From: an uncultured Actinomycetes bacterium
GTDB taxonomy: Bacteria > Actinomycetota > Actinomycetes > Streptosporangiales > Streptosporangiaceae
Assembly (NCBI GenBank): GCA_963755815.1
Contig: CAVWLF010000001.1
Coordinates: forward strand, 1 to 64,000
Reading direction: 5' to 3'
DNA: 64,000 nucleotides
In this document: piece by piece, positions 17,629-27,523 of the stretch
Layout: every line of letters starts with the position of its first letter
Position numbering within the stretch: the stretch's first letter is position 1
Notes under the pieces: model-generated
What the model was told of the DNA's origin: nothing
Databases searched by the model: none
Seen by the model: the letters and a program-made list of their open reading frames with translations, nothing else
Position numbers and translations under genes: made by a program

Positions 17629-18837
17629 GTGACACGCCTGAATGCAGCCGACGGGCCAGCGCGAGCGCGACGGTCTGCGCTGGTCGGGGCGTCGGTACTC
17701 GCGGCGGCGCTCGCCGTCGAGCTTGTCGATGAGCTGGTCGGCGGTACCCAGGGCGCGGCGATGCCGCTCATCCGGCACGCACTGGCGCTGAGCTACGGGC
17801 AGATTGGCTTGCTCGCGTCGGTTCCGCTGCTGCTCGGGAGCCTGCTGGAACTCCCTATTGGTGTACTGGCCGGGCATGGCAGGCGGCAGCGGATAGCGGT
17901 CCTGACCGGCGGCCTGGTGTTCATCGCGTCGCTGGCCGCCGCGGCCGCGGCGGGCTCGTTCGCGGCGCTGCTCGTCGCCTTGGTGGCCTTCTTCCCGGCC
18001 TCCGGGGCGTTCGTCGGGCTGACCCAGTCCGGCCTGATGGACGCCGATCCGGCGCGGCAGGAACAGCACATGGCGCGCTGGAATCTGGCCGGGTCAGCGG
18101 GCGCGGTGGCGGGCCCGTTCCTGCTCATCGCGGTGCTGGCCGCCGGGGGCAGCTGGCGGACGGCTTACCTCGTGCTGGCCGCCTGCTCGGTGCTGGCCTG
18201 GCTGGGCGTGGCCGGCCGCGGTCCGCGCCCGTCGTCGCCGCCCGCGGCCGGCGAAGACGGCGACGCTGACCGGGCCGGCGCCGTGCGGCGGGTGCGGGCC
18301 GCCCTCCAGCAGCCCGGGGTATTCCGCTGGCTCGTCCTGCTGCAGCTCTCTGACCTGCTGCTCGACGTACTGACCGGCTTCCTGGCGATCTACCTGGTCG
18401 ACGTGGTCCACGCCAGGCCGGCCGAGGCGGCGCTCGGCGTCGGGGTCCGGCTGGTGGCCGGGCTGGCCGGGGATATCACCCTCGTCCGGGTGCTGGAGCG
18501 GACAGCCGGGCGCCGGGTCCTGACCGCGAGCGCGGCCGCGGCGGCGGTGCTGTACCCGGGCTTCCTGCTGGTGCCCGGGTTCTGGCCCAAGCTCGCGATC
18601 CTCGCCGTGCTGAGCATCGCCACCGCACCCTGGTATCCGGTGCTGCAGGCCGGCCTGTATGGCAGCCTGCCCGGTCGCAGCGGAGTGGCGGTGACGCTTA
18701 GCAGCGCGGCCGCGCTGGCGGGCGGGGCCGGGCCGCTGGCCGTCGGGTTCCTGGCCGAGCGCTTCGGGCTGGCCTGGGCACTGGCCGGCCTGGCGCTCGC
18801 CCCGGTAGGCCTGCTGATCGGGCTGCGCAGGCGATAG
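17629..18837 (+). CDS. MFS transporter
   Basis: 402 aa, about 12 predicted hydrophobic helices, GTG start. Confidence 0.8.
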   Translation: MTRLNAADGPARARRSALVGASVLAAALAVELVDELVGGTQGAAMPLIRHALALSYGQIGLLASVPLLLGSLLELPIGVLAGHGRRQRIAVLTGGLVFIASLAAAAAAGSFAALLVALVAFFPASGAFVGLTQSGLMDADPARQEQHMARWNLAGSAGAVAGPFLLIAVLAAGGSWRTAYLVLAACSVLAWLGVAGRGPRPSSPPAAGEDGDADRAGAVRRVRAALQQPGVFRWLVLLQLSDLLLDVLTGFLAIYLVDVVHARPAEAALGVGVRLVAGLAGDITLVRVLERTAGRRVLTASAAAAAVLYPGFLLVPGFWPKLAILAVLSIATAPWYPVLQAGLYGSLPGRSGVAVTLSSAAALAGGAGPLAVGFLAERFGLAWALAGLALAPVGLLIGLRRR

Positions 18838-19193
18838 CGGACCGGCCGGGGCGGCGTTCGGCCAGGCGGGGGCGGCCGGCGCCGATTACTGCGTTTAATC
18901 CAAAGTAGGCCAGGCAGGGCGGCAGGCCGCCTATCTCGACCGGGATGGCCCGGTGGGCCTCCCAGGCGGCCCGGTCCAGGCGCAGCCGACGACTCACCAC
19001 CGGGCGGCCCCGGACGACCAGTCGCTCGATGCCGTCGTCGGCCGGGGCGTGGTCAGTCGCAGGCCGGTCAGCGGCCAGTGCGGCGTTGTCATGCCGTTGA
19101 TTCTGCGTTACCGGGCTCGCGTCCGAAACGTGTTATCGGCACGCGGCCGGTAGCTCCCGGGCTGGCCGCTGAAACGGCAGCGCCGGAGGGGCC

Positions 19194-19514
19194 TTAGAAA
19201 GCGGGCCCTGGCTCCGTGGTGAACTGCTGGAAGTCCTGCACCAGCCCGCCACTCGGGTTCTCCCGGTCGACGCCCAGCTGGTTGGTCGGGCCGTGACTGC
19301 CAGTGTCAACAGTCAGTGCCAGCGGGTGCGAAATGAAGGTGTCGCTGGCCGCGACCCACGGGCAGTAGTTGCCGGCGATCCGGCAGTCGCCGCCGAGGCC
19401 CTGGGCACGGTCGCCCACGAACAGCGTGCGGGTGGTGGCGCCGCAGGGAACAGATTCAGCAAATTCAGGGAGTTTATTTTGGCACACGAATTTGTCGACG
19501 GAAATCGTACGCAT
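19194..19514 (-). CDS. hypothetical small Cys-containing protein
   Basis: 106-aa ORF with GC-rich third positions over most of its length and an AT-rich first ~20 codons. Preceded by an AT-rich ~130-bp island. 4 Cys, no signal peptide, no family recognised. Confidence 0.45.
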   Translation of the reverse strand: MRTISVDKFVCQNKLPEFAESVPCGATTRTLFVGDRAQGLGGDCRIAGNYCPWVAASDTFISHPLALTVDTGSHGPTNQLGVDRENPSGGLVQDFQQFTTEPGPAF

Positions 19515-19783
19515 TTACCTTGATTTAGTCGCCGGAATTTCATCTGATATCGCAGCCATAAACGATATGCATTCATCTCATGAGGATTGCCAATACAAGA
19601 TCACGCAACATTAAAATAATACGTAATCATATTTAGAGGGCATATAGCCGGCATCTTGATGGGCCCGGGCAGGCCTGACGCCAGGCGGCCGGGCGGCCAG
19701 ACGACGTAGGTAGGGCCAGAACGCGCGGCCGTAAGTCGTGGATGCGCTCAGGCGCCCGGGCCGCGACACGCCGGGCCGCAGCG

Positions 19784-19916
19784 CCGAGGCCAGGTACGCC
19801 GCCGGAATTACGTGATCCCGCCGGGGTCCGGCCGGGGCGCAGCGTGCCTGGCCGGGACGCAGCACCGAGGCCAGGCACGCCGCCGGAATTACGTGATCGC
19901 GCCGGGGGTTCCGGCC
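19784..19916. repeat. direct repeat, two ~50-bp copies 81 bp apart
   Basis: CCGAGGCCAGG(T/C)ACGCCGCCGGAATTACGTGATC(C/G)CGCCGGGG(-/G)T(-/T)CCGGCC at 19784-19833 and 19865-19916. The second copy overlaps the flotillin stop codon region. Confidence 0.6.
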
Positions 19917-21076
19917 GCCTCCTGACTGTCGTTCGCCGGACCGGAGATCTCATTCTCCCGGCCGGAGAGCTCATAGGAGGTGCCGACCTTGTCCGTCGAG
20001 CCGCTCAGGCTCTTCTTCACCGACTCGAGAATCGTCAGGCCCTGGCCGACGAGGCCGGCCGCGATCTCGCTGAGGCCGTCCGCGCCGTTCAGCACGCTCA
20101 GGTTCGCGCCCGCCAGGCCGCCGGCCGCCTCCCGTACGATCTGCGGGAGTTGCTCGATCAGCATCCGGTCCAGGGCTATCCGCTGATGCGAGGCCGCCGC
20201 CTCGGCCTGGAACTTGACTCGCTGGGCATCGGCCTGCGCGAGGATGCGCACCTTCTCCGCCTCTGCCTCGGCCGGCCTGATCACCTCGGCGACGAGCTGG
20301 CGCTGGCGCAGTTCAGCCTGCCGGTGGGCCAGCTCCGTCTGAGCGGCGAGCACTCCCATGGTGGCCTGCGCCTGCGCGAGCGGCCCGGCCTGGGCCGCCT
20401 CGGCCTGCGCTTTGTCGATCTCCGCCTTGTACTGCGCCTGCACCACCGAGGTCTGCCGGGCGTACTCGGCCTGCTTGCGCTGTGACTCCTGCTGCGCCTC
20501 GGCCGAGGCCTGGTTAGCCTGCGCCTGGGCGATCTGCGCCTGCCGCTGGATCGCGGCGTTATGCGGCGCGGCCATCGCGTCGATGTAGCCGGAGTTCATG
20601 TCGTCGATCGACTGGATCTGCAGCGAGTCGACGGTCAGCCCGATCTTGACCATCTCCGCCTTGGAGCCGTCGAGCACCTCACTGGCCAGCTTCTGCCGCT
20701 CGGTGACGATCTCCTCGACCGTCATCGAGCCGATGATGGAGCGCAGGTGCCCGGCAAAGATCCGGCCGGTCAGCGTGGACATCTGGTCCTGGTCGGACAG
20801 AAACCGCTGCCCGGCATTGACGATGCTCTCCTCATCGTTGCCCACCTTGAACGCGATGACCGAGCGGACATTCAGCGAGATGCCCTGCTTGGTGACGCAG
20901 GTCTCGGCGACCTCGGCCTCGCACATGGCCAGCGTAAGGAATCTCGTTTTCCGGACAAACGGCACGATAAAAGCACCATGGCCGGTCACGACCCGGAACG
21001 GCGCACCGTTGCGGCCATATCTCCCACCGGAGACCAGCATGGCCTCATCCGGTGCTGGAACGCGGTATCCGAACAT
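19889..21076 (-). CDS. flotillin / SPFH (band 7) domain protein
   Basis: 395 aa. N-terminal SPFH domain (FVRKTRFLTLAMCEAEVAETCVTKQGISLNVRSVIAFKV...) followed by a long Ala/Gln/Glu-rich coiled coil (AQAQANQASAEAQQESQRKQAEYARQ...), as in FloT-type flotillins. Confidence 0.9.
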   Translation of the reverse strand: MFGYRVPAPDEAMLVSGGRYGRNGAPFRVVTGHGAFIVPFVRKTRFLTLAMCEAEVAETCVTKQGISLNVRSVIAFKVGNDEESIVNAGQRFLSDQDQMSTLTGRIFAGHLRSIIGSMTVEEIVTERQKLASEVLDGSKAEMVKIGLTVDSLQIQSIDDMNSGYIDAMAAPHNAAIQRQAQIAQAQANQASAEAQQESQRKQAEYARQTSVVQAQYKAEIDKAQAEAAQAGPLAQAQATMGVLAAQTELAHRQAELRQRQLVAEVIRPAEAEAEKVRILAQADAQRVKFQAEAAASHQRIALDRMLIEQLPQIVREAAGGLAGANLSVLNGADGLSEIAAGLVGQGLTILESVKKSLSGSTDKVGTSYELSGRENEISGPANDSQEAAGTPGAIT

Positions 21077-21312
21077 CTCTCATCTCCAAGCGCATTGCCG
21101 GGTTCTGGCCCGGCACCCTCAATTGTTGTCACTCTGGCCTATCGCGCTGGTGCCAGCTCTATAACATTCGCGGCCGGGCCGACCCGCGAGGTTCACCGCT
21201 AGCCGCCATGAGGTCCACCGCTGACCAGACCGGCCGGATCGCTGCCTGCCAACCCCGGCCGGTTGACTGCCCGCCAGTCGCGGCTCGCTCGCTAGTCACT
21301 GGCCCGGCCGGC

Positions 21313-21561
21313 TCACTGGTCACCGGCTTCTCCCGGAAAGGGACCAACCGGGTCGGTCCATTCGCTGACATCGACGGACCTGGCCCCCCGGGATTCGATG
21401 ACCAGGACCGTGGCGCCCTTAGGTATCGGCTCGGGCGACCAGGCGATGTAGGCCTCTGATCCGCCCCGGATCTTGACCAGTACCTCTCCCGGGCCCTTGG
21501 TGCCCCGCGTGGCGATGAGGATGACACCGATGGATCCGATCACTGACTCTTCCCGAGGCAC
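21313..21561 (-). CDS. NfeD-like protein, C-terminal OB-fold domain only
   Basis: The 82-aa ORF (GTG start) reads IGSIGVILIATRGTKGPGEVLVKIRGGSEAYIAWSPEPIPKGATVLVIESRGARSVDV, the typical NfeD soluble domain. It lies upstream of flotillin. No membrane segments; an in-frame stop sits 13 codons upstream. Confidence 0.65.
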   Translation of the reverse strand: MPREESVIGSIGVILIATRGTKGPGEVLVKIRGGSEAYIAWSPEPIPKGATVLVIESRGARSVDVSEWTDPVGPFPGEAGDQ

Positions 21562-21876
21562 CGGCAGCCACTCCTCATACCACCCAGACCTGGGTGCTCA
21601 CACTATCCCCGCCGCCGGCATCCGGGCGACTGGCGCTACCCGGGTCAGGCCGCCAACTTCGCCGGACGCGACCCGGAATAGGGCCGCGGCCGGGTGCGTT
21701 CACTCCACCGTCGGTGTGATGTGTCCCCCGGGCCTGATCACTGCCGTCGCGGAATACCGTCCGGCTGGAACCGCGTCGCGCCACTCGCCGAGAGGCGACC
21801 ACGCACCGGCACCGGGTAACGCCCTCGCCAGCGCGATCAACGCTGACGGGGGTGTTCTCATGTCCGCCGCTGGTCA

Positions 21877-22806
21877 TCAGCCTTTCAGCGCGCCGGAGAT
21901 GAGCCCGCGCACGTAGTACCGCTGCAGCGCGACGTAGACCAGGATGCAGGGAATCATCGCGATGACGGCGCCGGCCAGCAGCAACCCGAAGTTGACCGCG
22001 CCATAGGTGCCCGTCTCGACGTTGCTGAGCGCGACCGGCAGGGTGAAGAGGCTGTCATTGGTCATGAAACTCAGCGCGCCGATGAGTTCCGTCCACGAGA
22101 ACAGGAACGCGAACAGCGCGGCGGTCGCGATCCCGGGCAGGACCAGGGGCCGGAGCACGGACACCAGCGTCCGCGTCACCGACGCCCCGTCCACCCGGGC
22201 GGCGTCGACGATCTCCCGGGGCACCTGGAGGAAGCTGTTCCGCATCACGTAGACGCCGACCGGCAGATTAAACGTGGTGTAGAACAGCGCCAGGCCGATC
22301 AGGCTGTTCAGCAGGTGCAGGAAGTGCAGCTCAAGGAACAGCGGCGTCAGCACGGCCTGGAACGGGATCATGAACGCCAGCAGCACGAGGCCGAAGGCGA
22401 GGCCCGACAGGCGGAACTTGAAGAGCGCGAAGCCATACCCGGCGAGCGTCGCCACCAGGGCCGTCAGCAGCGCGGTGAGAACGGCCACGATCAGGCTGTT
22501 CACGACGTTGCGGATGATGTCATCCTGGCCGGTCAGCAGCGCCTGGTAGTTCGCGATCGTCAGGTGGCTGAAGCTCTCCCCGGACAGCGGCGCGCCGATC
22601 GCGGACTCGGGCTGCAGGGAGCGGACGATCTCCCAGAGCAGCGGCACGACGAACACCGCGCTGATCGCCACGCCCGCGACCAGGAAAGCGGCCAGCCCGC
22701 CGCGGCCCCGGCGGCCGCTCCGGGACGCGCCGCGGGCGGGCGGGCCGGACGGCGGCCGGGGACCGGTCGTGGCCCGCTGATCCCGGCGGCTGCGCACGGA
22801 TGCCAT
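21877..22806 (-). CDS. carbohydrate ABC transporter permease (MalG-like)
   Basis: Six hydrophobic segments and the EAA-type loop (VDAARVDGASVTRTLVSVLRPLVLPG). The start overlaps the stop of the upstream permease. Confidence 0.9.
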   Translation of the reverse strand: MASVRSRRDQRATTGPRPPSGPPARGASRSGRRGRGGLAAFLVAGVAISAVFVVPLLWEIVRSLQPESAIGAPLSGESFSHLTIANYQALLTGQDDIIRNVVNSLIVAVLTALLTALVATLAGYGFALFKFRLSGLAFGLVLLAFMIPFQAVLTPLFLELHFLHLLNSLIGLALFYTTFNLPVGVYVMRNSFLQVPREIVDAARVDGASVTRTLVSVLRPLVLPGIATAALFAFLFSWTELIGALSFMTNDSLFTLPVALSNVETGTYGAVNFGLLLAGAVIAMIPCILVYVALQRYYVRGLISGALKG

Positions 22807-23765
22807 TAGTAGTCGTCCTCCCCCTGGAGGAAGTGGAACTGAATAAAGGTGATGAGCCCGACGACCACGACGAGCACGACCGACATCGCGCTGGCCAGGC
22901 CCACATCCGTCTGCGGGAATGCGGTGTCATAGATCGACATCACGACGGGTACCGTGCTGGTCCCCGGCCCGCCGTCGGTAATGATGAAGAACTGATTAAA
23001 GGCCAGAAACGAGCCCACCACCGAAATGATCAGGCTCAGCGCGATCGACCTGCGCAGCAGCGGAATCGTGATCCGCCGCTCGGTCATCCACCAGGAAGCC
23101 CCGTCGACCCGGGCCGCCTCGTAGAGTTCGGTCGGGATCGCCTGCATTCCGGCCATCAGCAGCATCATGGTCAGCCCGGCCGCGAACCAGATAACGAGAC
23201 CGCTGATCGCCGTCAGCGCCAGCCCAGTATGCACGGTCCACGCGGTATTGATGCTGGCCAGGCCGAGCTTCGACAGCACGAAGTTCGCCGTCCCCGAGCC
23301 GGGCTGCAGCTCCACCACCGCCATGTAGCTCTCCGCCACCAGCCCGACGATGTAGGGCAGGAAGATCATCGTCCGGAACAGCGACGAACCGCGCCGGTTC
23401 GACCGGACGAACAGCGCCAGGGCGTAGCCGAGCACGAAGATCGGGACCGTGACGATCGCCGTGTACTTCAGCGTGAACACGATCGACTGGATGAACACCG
23501 TGTTATGGATGAGCCCGCTGTAGTTCGACAGGCCGATGAAGTGATACGCCCCGATGAGCGGCCAGTTCGTCAGCGAGATGTAGATGCCGAACCCGAGCGG
23601 GAAGAGGGCGAAAACGCCGACGAACAGCAGCGCGGGCGAGACCAGCAGCAGGCCGGTCCGGGCGTCCCTGCGGGCTCGCGCACTGGGCGGCGACGCAGGC
23701 CGGCCCCTTCGCCGTAGCAGCGTGGCTCTGGCCGGAATCGCGCCCGGCGCCTCTGTCCGTGCCAA
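22806..23765 (-). CDS. sugar ABC transporter permease (MalF-like)
   Basis: EAA loop YEAARVDGASWWMTERRITIPLLRRS plus multiple TM segments. Confidence 0.9.
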   Translation of the reverse strand: MARTEAPGAIPARATLLRRRGRPASPPSARARRDARTGLLLVSPALLFVGVFALFPLGFGIYISLTNWPLIGAYHFIGLSNYSGLIHNTVFIQSIVFTLKYTAIVTVPIFVLGYALALFVRSNRRGSSLFRTMIFLPYIVGLVAESYMAVVELQPGSGTANFVLSKLGLASINTAWTVHTGLALTAISGLVIWFAAGLTMMLLMAGMQAIPTELYEAARVDGASWWMTERRITIPLLRRSIALSLIISVVGSFLAFNQFFIITDGGPGTSTVPVVMSIYDTAFPQTDVGLASAMSVVLVVVVGLITFIQFHFLQGEDDY

Positions 23766-23858
23766 CGGTCCTCTTCCTCCGCTTGTCGCGCCCTGCGCCC
23801 GCTTGCGCCGCGTCCGGCCTGGCTCCCGGCCAGGCCGGACGCGCGGCGCAAGGTCCGG

Positions 23859-25190
23859 TCAGCCCTTCACGGTGTCCAGTGTGCTCTGGACACCGGACTG
23901 GCCTTCCTGCAATCCGGCGCTGAGATTGCCGTTGTAGACCGCATCCTCGAACATCTTGAACCACGGCGACCCTGGCTCGTTGAATACCGCGTCGTAAGCG
24001 AGCGTGTACTCGACCGATCCCTTGGCCAGTGCCTTTAGTGCCACGGCGTCGTAGGGGAACTTGGCCGCGAAGGCAGGCGTCAGCACGTCGCTGCGGACCG
24101 GCGTGTCGCCCAGCGTCGGGTACTCGGCCTGCTGCTTCGGCTCAAGCGCCCACTTGACGAACTCCCAGGCACCGGACGGATTCGGAGCGCCGGCCGGGAT
24201 CACGAAGTTGTCGCCGCCGTCGAAGGTGCTGTAGCCGCCGCCGTTGACCGCGGGGAGCGGCGCGTCGGCGAAATCGGCCTTATCCTGCTTGCTCGTCATC
24301 GCGGCCGCGAATCCGTAGTCGCCAGGTAGGATGCCGACCTTGCCTGCTTCGAAGTCCTTGCCCCAGGTGAGGCCATTCTGGGTCTGGTCGGCCACGGGCA
24401 CGAGGTGCTTGGCCCACAGCGTGTGGTAGTCGGCCAGCATCGTCTTGAGCGGAGCGTCGTTAGCGACGTTGGCCTTCTGCGTGCCGAGGGGCCCGACAAT
24501 GAGGTGCTGGCCGGACGCCCACAGCGAAGGCAGCATCACGAACCCGAGGCAGCCCTGGCAGTCGCCGGCGAACGAGAATCCGGAGATGCCGTGGCCGAGC
24601 GCACTGATCTTCTCGGAATCCGACACAATCTGGGCGTAGCTCGTCGGCGGGGCGTTCGGGTTGAGCCCGGCCCTCTTGAACAGGGCCTTGTTGTACCAGA
24701 GGACCGAGAGGTCGGCCAGGTAGGGCACGCCGTAGTACTGGTTGCCGATGGTGGCGAGCTTCAGGTGGCCCGGGCTGAGCTGGTTCTTGTACGGCAGCGC
24801 GTTGACGTACTTGGTGATGTTCAACAGCGCGTGCTCACGGGCAAAGGCTGGCACGTCGATGTCGTTCAGCCCGACGACGTCGGGCACCGAGCCGGCCCGG
24901 ATGGCCGTCGCCAGCTGGCTGGTGTCATCGTTGGGCGGGGTGAGGTGAAGCACTACCTTCAGGTTCTTGTGCGTCGCGTTGAACTGGGCAGTCAGTGCCT
25001 TGGCCGGGCCGTCAGTGGCCTGCCTCGCCCAGAAATGCACCACGCCGGTGGCGTTCACGCCGAACGTCTTGGCCGACTGCCCGGTCCCTGATGATGACGA
25101 CGACCCGCCGCAGGCCGCGAGCACCAGCGCTGCGGCGGCGCCAGCCGCGATGACCGCAAGCGATCTGGAGTGGGCATGTCTCATGGCCAT
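23859..25190 (-). CDS. extracellular sugar-binding lipoprotein of ABC transporter
   Basis: Lipobox LVLAACGGSSSSSG after MAMRHAHSRSLAVIAAGAAAA, and family-1 SBP length. Start taken at ATG 25190 (AAAGG upstream). Confidence 0.9.
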   Translation of the reverse strand: MAMRHAHSRSLAVIAAGAAAALVLAACGGSSSSSGTGQSAKTFGVNATGVVHFWARQATDGPAKALTAQFNATHKNLKVVLHLTPPNDDTSQLATAIRAGSVPDVVGLNDIDVPAFAREHALLNITKYVNALPYKNQLSPGHLKLATIGNQYYGVPYLADLSVLWYNKALFKRAGLNPNAPPTSYAQIVSDSEKISALGHGISGFSFAGDCQGCLGFVMLPSLWASGQHLIVGPLGTQKANVANDAPLKTMLADYHTLWAKHLVPVADQTQNGLTWGKDFEAGKVGILPGDYGFAAAMTSKQDKADFADAPLPAVNGGGYSTFDGGDNFVIPAGAPNPSGAWEFVKWALEPKQQAEYPTLGDTPVRSDVLTPAFAAKFPYDAVALKALAKGSVEYTLAYDAVFNEPGSPWFKMFEDAVYNGNLSAGLQEGQSGVQSTLDTVKG

Positions 25191-25280
25191 CCGCCTTTCG
25201 TGCCTAGTGCTCGAACCGCGGGCGGGTGCCGCCCGGGTGTTACGCCCTTGCATGTCGATGAGCCTCCTCGGTGAGGGGTC

Positions 25281-27434
25281 TTACGCTTCTTCTGCTGACA
25301 GCGGGGCCCGGCCAGCGGCCGGGTGATCCCTGGTGGCCGGCTGGCCGGACCGGCTCAATGGCATCCAGACCCGCATGGCCTGGCCGTCGCGGTTGTCCCA
25401 CTGGAAGTAAGGGACGGCAACCGCCGTTACGGGACCGCCGCCGGGCTCGTCCGGCAGCGGGGCATAGGGCAGTCCGCCGCGGCTGACTGACGGCAGCCGG
25501 ACCGCGGCCGCCTCGATGATCACGGTCGGGCCCACGCCCGGCAGCCTGGCCTCGCGCTCGGTGAGGCCGCCCGCGCCCGGGCCGGCGGAGCCGCCGCCGG
25601 CGCCCTCCGGGCTCTCGCCGCCAGCGCCCGCCGGGCTGAGCGCGAGATCTTCGACACTCACCCCGCTGGGCTGGTCGGCCTGCTCGAAGCAGTAAGTGAG
25701 CGGGCCCCGTTCTACCGCCACGGTGCCCCGCAACGCGTCAATCCGCCGGTTCGGATACGTCAGGCGCGGCCTGACGTCCATCGACAGGGACAGCACGTCA
25801 TCCGGCTGCCAGCACCGTCGCACGATCAGGTAACCGTGGTCATCGGCGGCCGAGGCAACCGGCTGGCCGTTGACGCTGACGGACGCATCGCGGCACCAGC
25901 CCGGGATCCGCACCGCCAGCCCGCACTCGGCGCCGGGCGCACGGCGCACCCGGAGGTCAGCGGTGCCGGTCCAGGGGTAGCTGGTGGCGACGTCCAGGGC
26001 GAAGTCGCCCTCCGGCAGCCGCGCGCTGACCTGCGAGCCGGTTAGCTGGTGCAGGTACAGCACGTCGCCGGCCACGGTCGCGATGTAGTGCTCAAGCGAC
26101 GCCATCAGCCGCATGATGTTCGGCGGGCAGCAGGCGCAGGAGAACCATTCCCGGCGGCGCCCCGGATCGTCGTCCTCGAAGTGATCATCACGCCGCTGCA
26201 GCGGGTTGACGTAGAAGAACCGCCGCCCGTCCGCGGACAATGCCGCGGCGAAGCCGTTGTAGAGCACTCGCTCCATCAGGTCCGCGTACCGTGCGTCGCC
26301 GGTCGCGAGCAGCAGCCGCCAGCTCCACTGGAAGCTCGCGATCGCGGCGCAGGTCTCGTTGTAGGCGCGGTCCGGCGGCAGCTCGAAGGCGTCGCCGAAT
26401 GCCTCGCCCGAATGCCGGGACCCGTTGCCGCCAGTGAGCGCGGTCTTGGTGGCGACCATGTCCTCCCAGCGGGCGATCGACGCGGCCAGCAGTTCGGGGT
26501 CGCCGGTCTCGACGGCCACGTCGACGACGCCGCTCTCCAGGTACAGTGCCCGGACGACATGCCCGACCTCGGTCGGGGACTCGCGGACGGGCAGGTGATC
26601 CTGCAGGTAGCGGATGCCGAAGCCGGAGTCGCCGATCATGCCGTGGCCGCGCTGGTTGATGAACTGCGTGGCCAGCTGGAGATAGCCGGGCGTGCCGGTC
26701 TGCCGGTATAGCTCCACCAGGGCCGTCTCGATGATCGGGTGACCGTCCAGCCCGGCTTCCTGGCCGAGGAAGACGTCCACCAGGTGATCGGCGAAGCGCC
26801 GGGCCACCTCCAGCAGCCCATCATCGAACGTCCTGCTGGTTGCGACCGCGGCCTGGATCAGGTGGCCCGCGCAGTACAGTTCATGGCTCGACTCAAGCCT
26901 GGCGTAGCGCCGGGCTCCGCTGGCCTGGATGCAGGAGTTCAGGTATCCGTCCGCCTGCTGCGCCTTCGCCAGCAGGGACGTGACCTCGGCGGCGAAGGCG
27001 GCCAGCCCGGGATCTGCCGCGTGACCGAGCTCCCAGCCGATCGCCTCCAGCGTCTTGTAGATATCGGAGTCCATGAACGCCGGGCCGCGGTACCCCTCGC
27101 CGGTCCCGGCGATAGCCAGCCGCAGGTTGTCGAGGTTGCCCGCCGCCTGCAGCTGGCGCAGCGCCAGCGGAAGGCTCGCCGCGCGATTCCGCTGCTGCCA
27201 GTCGTACAGCAGGCCGCTGGTAAGCCGGACACCGCTCCCGACCGCACTCGTCGTGCCCGCATCATCCCCGGCCGCACTCGTGCCGTCGGCGCCCGTGCTG
27301 GCCAGCGGCCGGTGGGCCACGGCGGCCGACGCCGTCGGGTGTACCGGACCGCGGGCCGGTACTGCTCTCTCCGCATTAGCCACGTGCGCGACTCCGCTGC
27401 TGCTGACCGGGTGACCCTGGCTGCCGGAAGCCAC
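25281..27434 (-). CDS. glycoside hydrolase family 127 (beta-L-arabinofuranosidase, DUF1680)
   Basis: Characteristic blocks YNETCAAIASFQWSWRLLLATGDARYADLMERVLYNG, FFYVNPL and WFSCACCPPNIMR (the Cys-rich catalytic/zinc region of HypBA1-type enzymes). Confidence 0.88.
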   Translation of the reverse strand: MASGSQGHPVSSSGVAHVANAERAVPARGPVHPTASAAVAHRPLASTGADGTSAAGDDAGTTSAVGSGVRLTSGLLYDWQQRNRAASLPLALRQLQAAGNLDNLRLAIAGTGEGYRGPAFMDSDIYKTLEAIGWELGHAADPGLAAFAAEVTSLLAKAQQADGYLNSCIQASGARRYARLESSHELYCAGHLIQAAVATSRTFDDGLLEVARRFADHLVDVFLGQEAGLDGHPIIETALVELYRQTGTPGYLQLATQFINQRGHGMIGDSGFGIRYLQDHLPVRESPTEVGHVVRALYLESGVVDVAVETGDPELLAASIARWEDMVATKTALTGGNGSRHSGEAFGDAFELPPDRAYNETCAAIASFQWSWRLLLATGDARYADLMERVLYNGFAAALSADGRRFFYVNPLQRRDDHFEDDDPGRRREWFSCACCPPNIMRLMASLEHYIATVAGDVLYLHQLTGSQVSARLPEGDFALDVATSYPWTGTADLRVRRAPGAECGLAVRIPGWCRDASVSVNGQPVASAADDHGYLIVRRCWQPDDVLSLSMDVRPRLTYPNRRIDALRGTVAVERGPLTYCFEQADQPSGVSVEDLALSPAGAGGESPEGAGGGSAGPGAGGLTEREARLPGVGPTVIIEAAAVRLPSVSRGGLPYAPLPDEPGGGPVTAVAVPYFQWDNRDGQAMRVWMPLSRSGQPATRDHPAAGRAPLSAEEA

Positions 27435-27523
27435 GATCGGAGGAATAGGTTTTCCTCAGCAAGGTAGAGTCTGCGAATGTTGCCGTCAAGCCTGTACAGG
27501 TTCTCTTTTATTACGATATTAAG

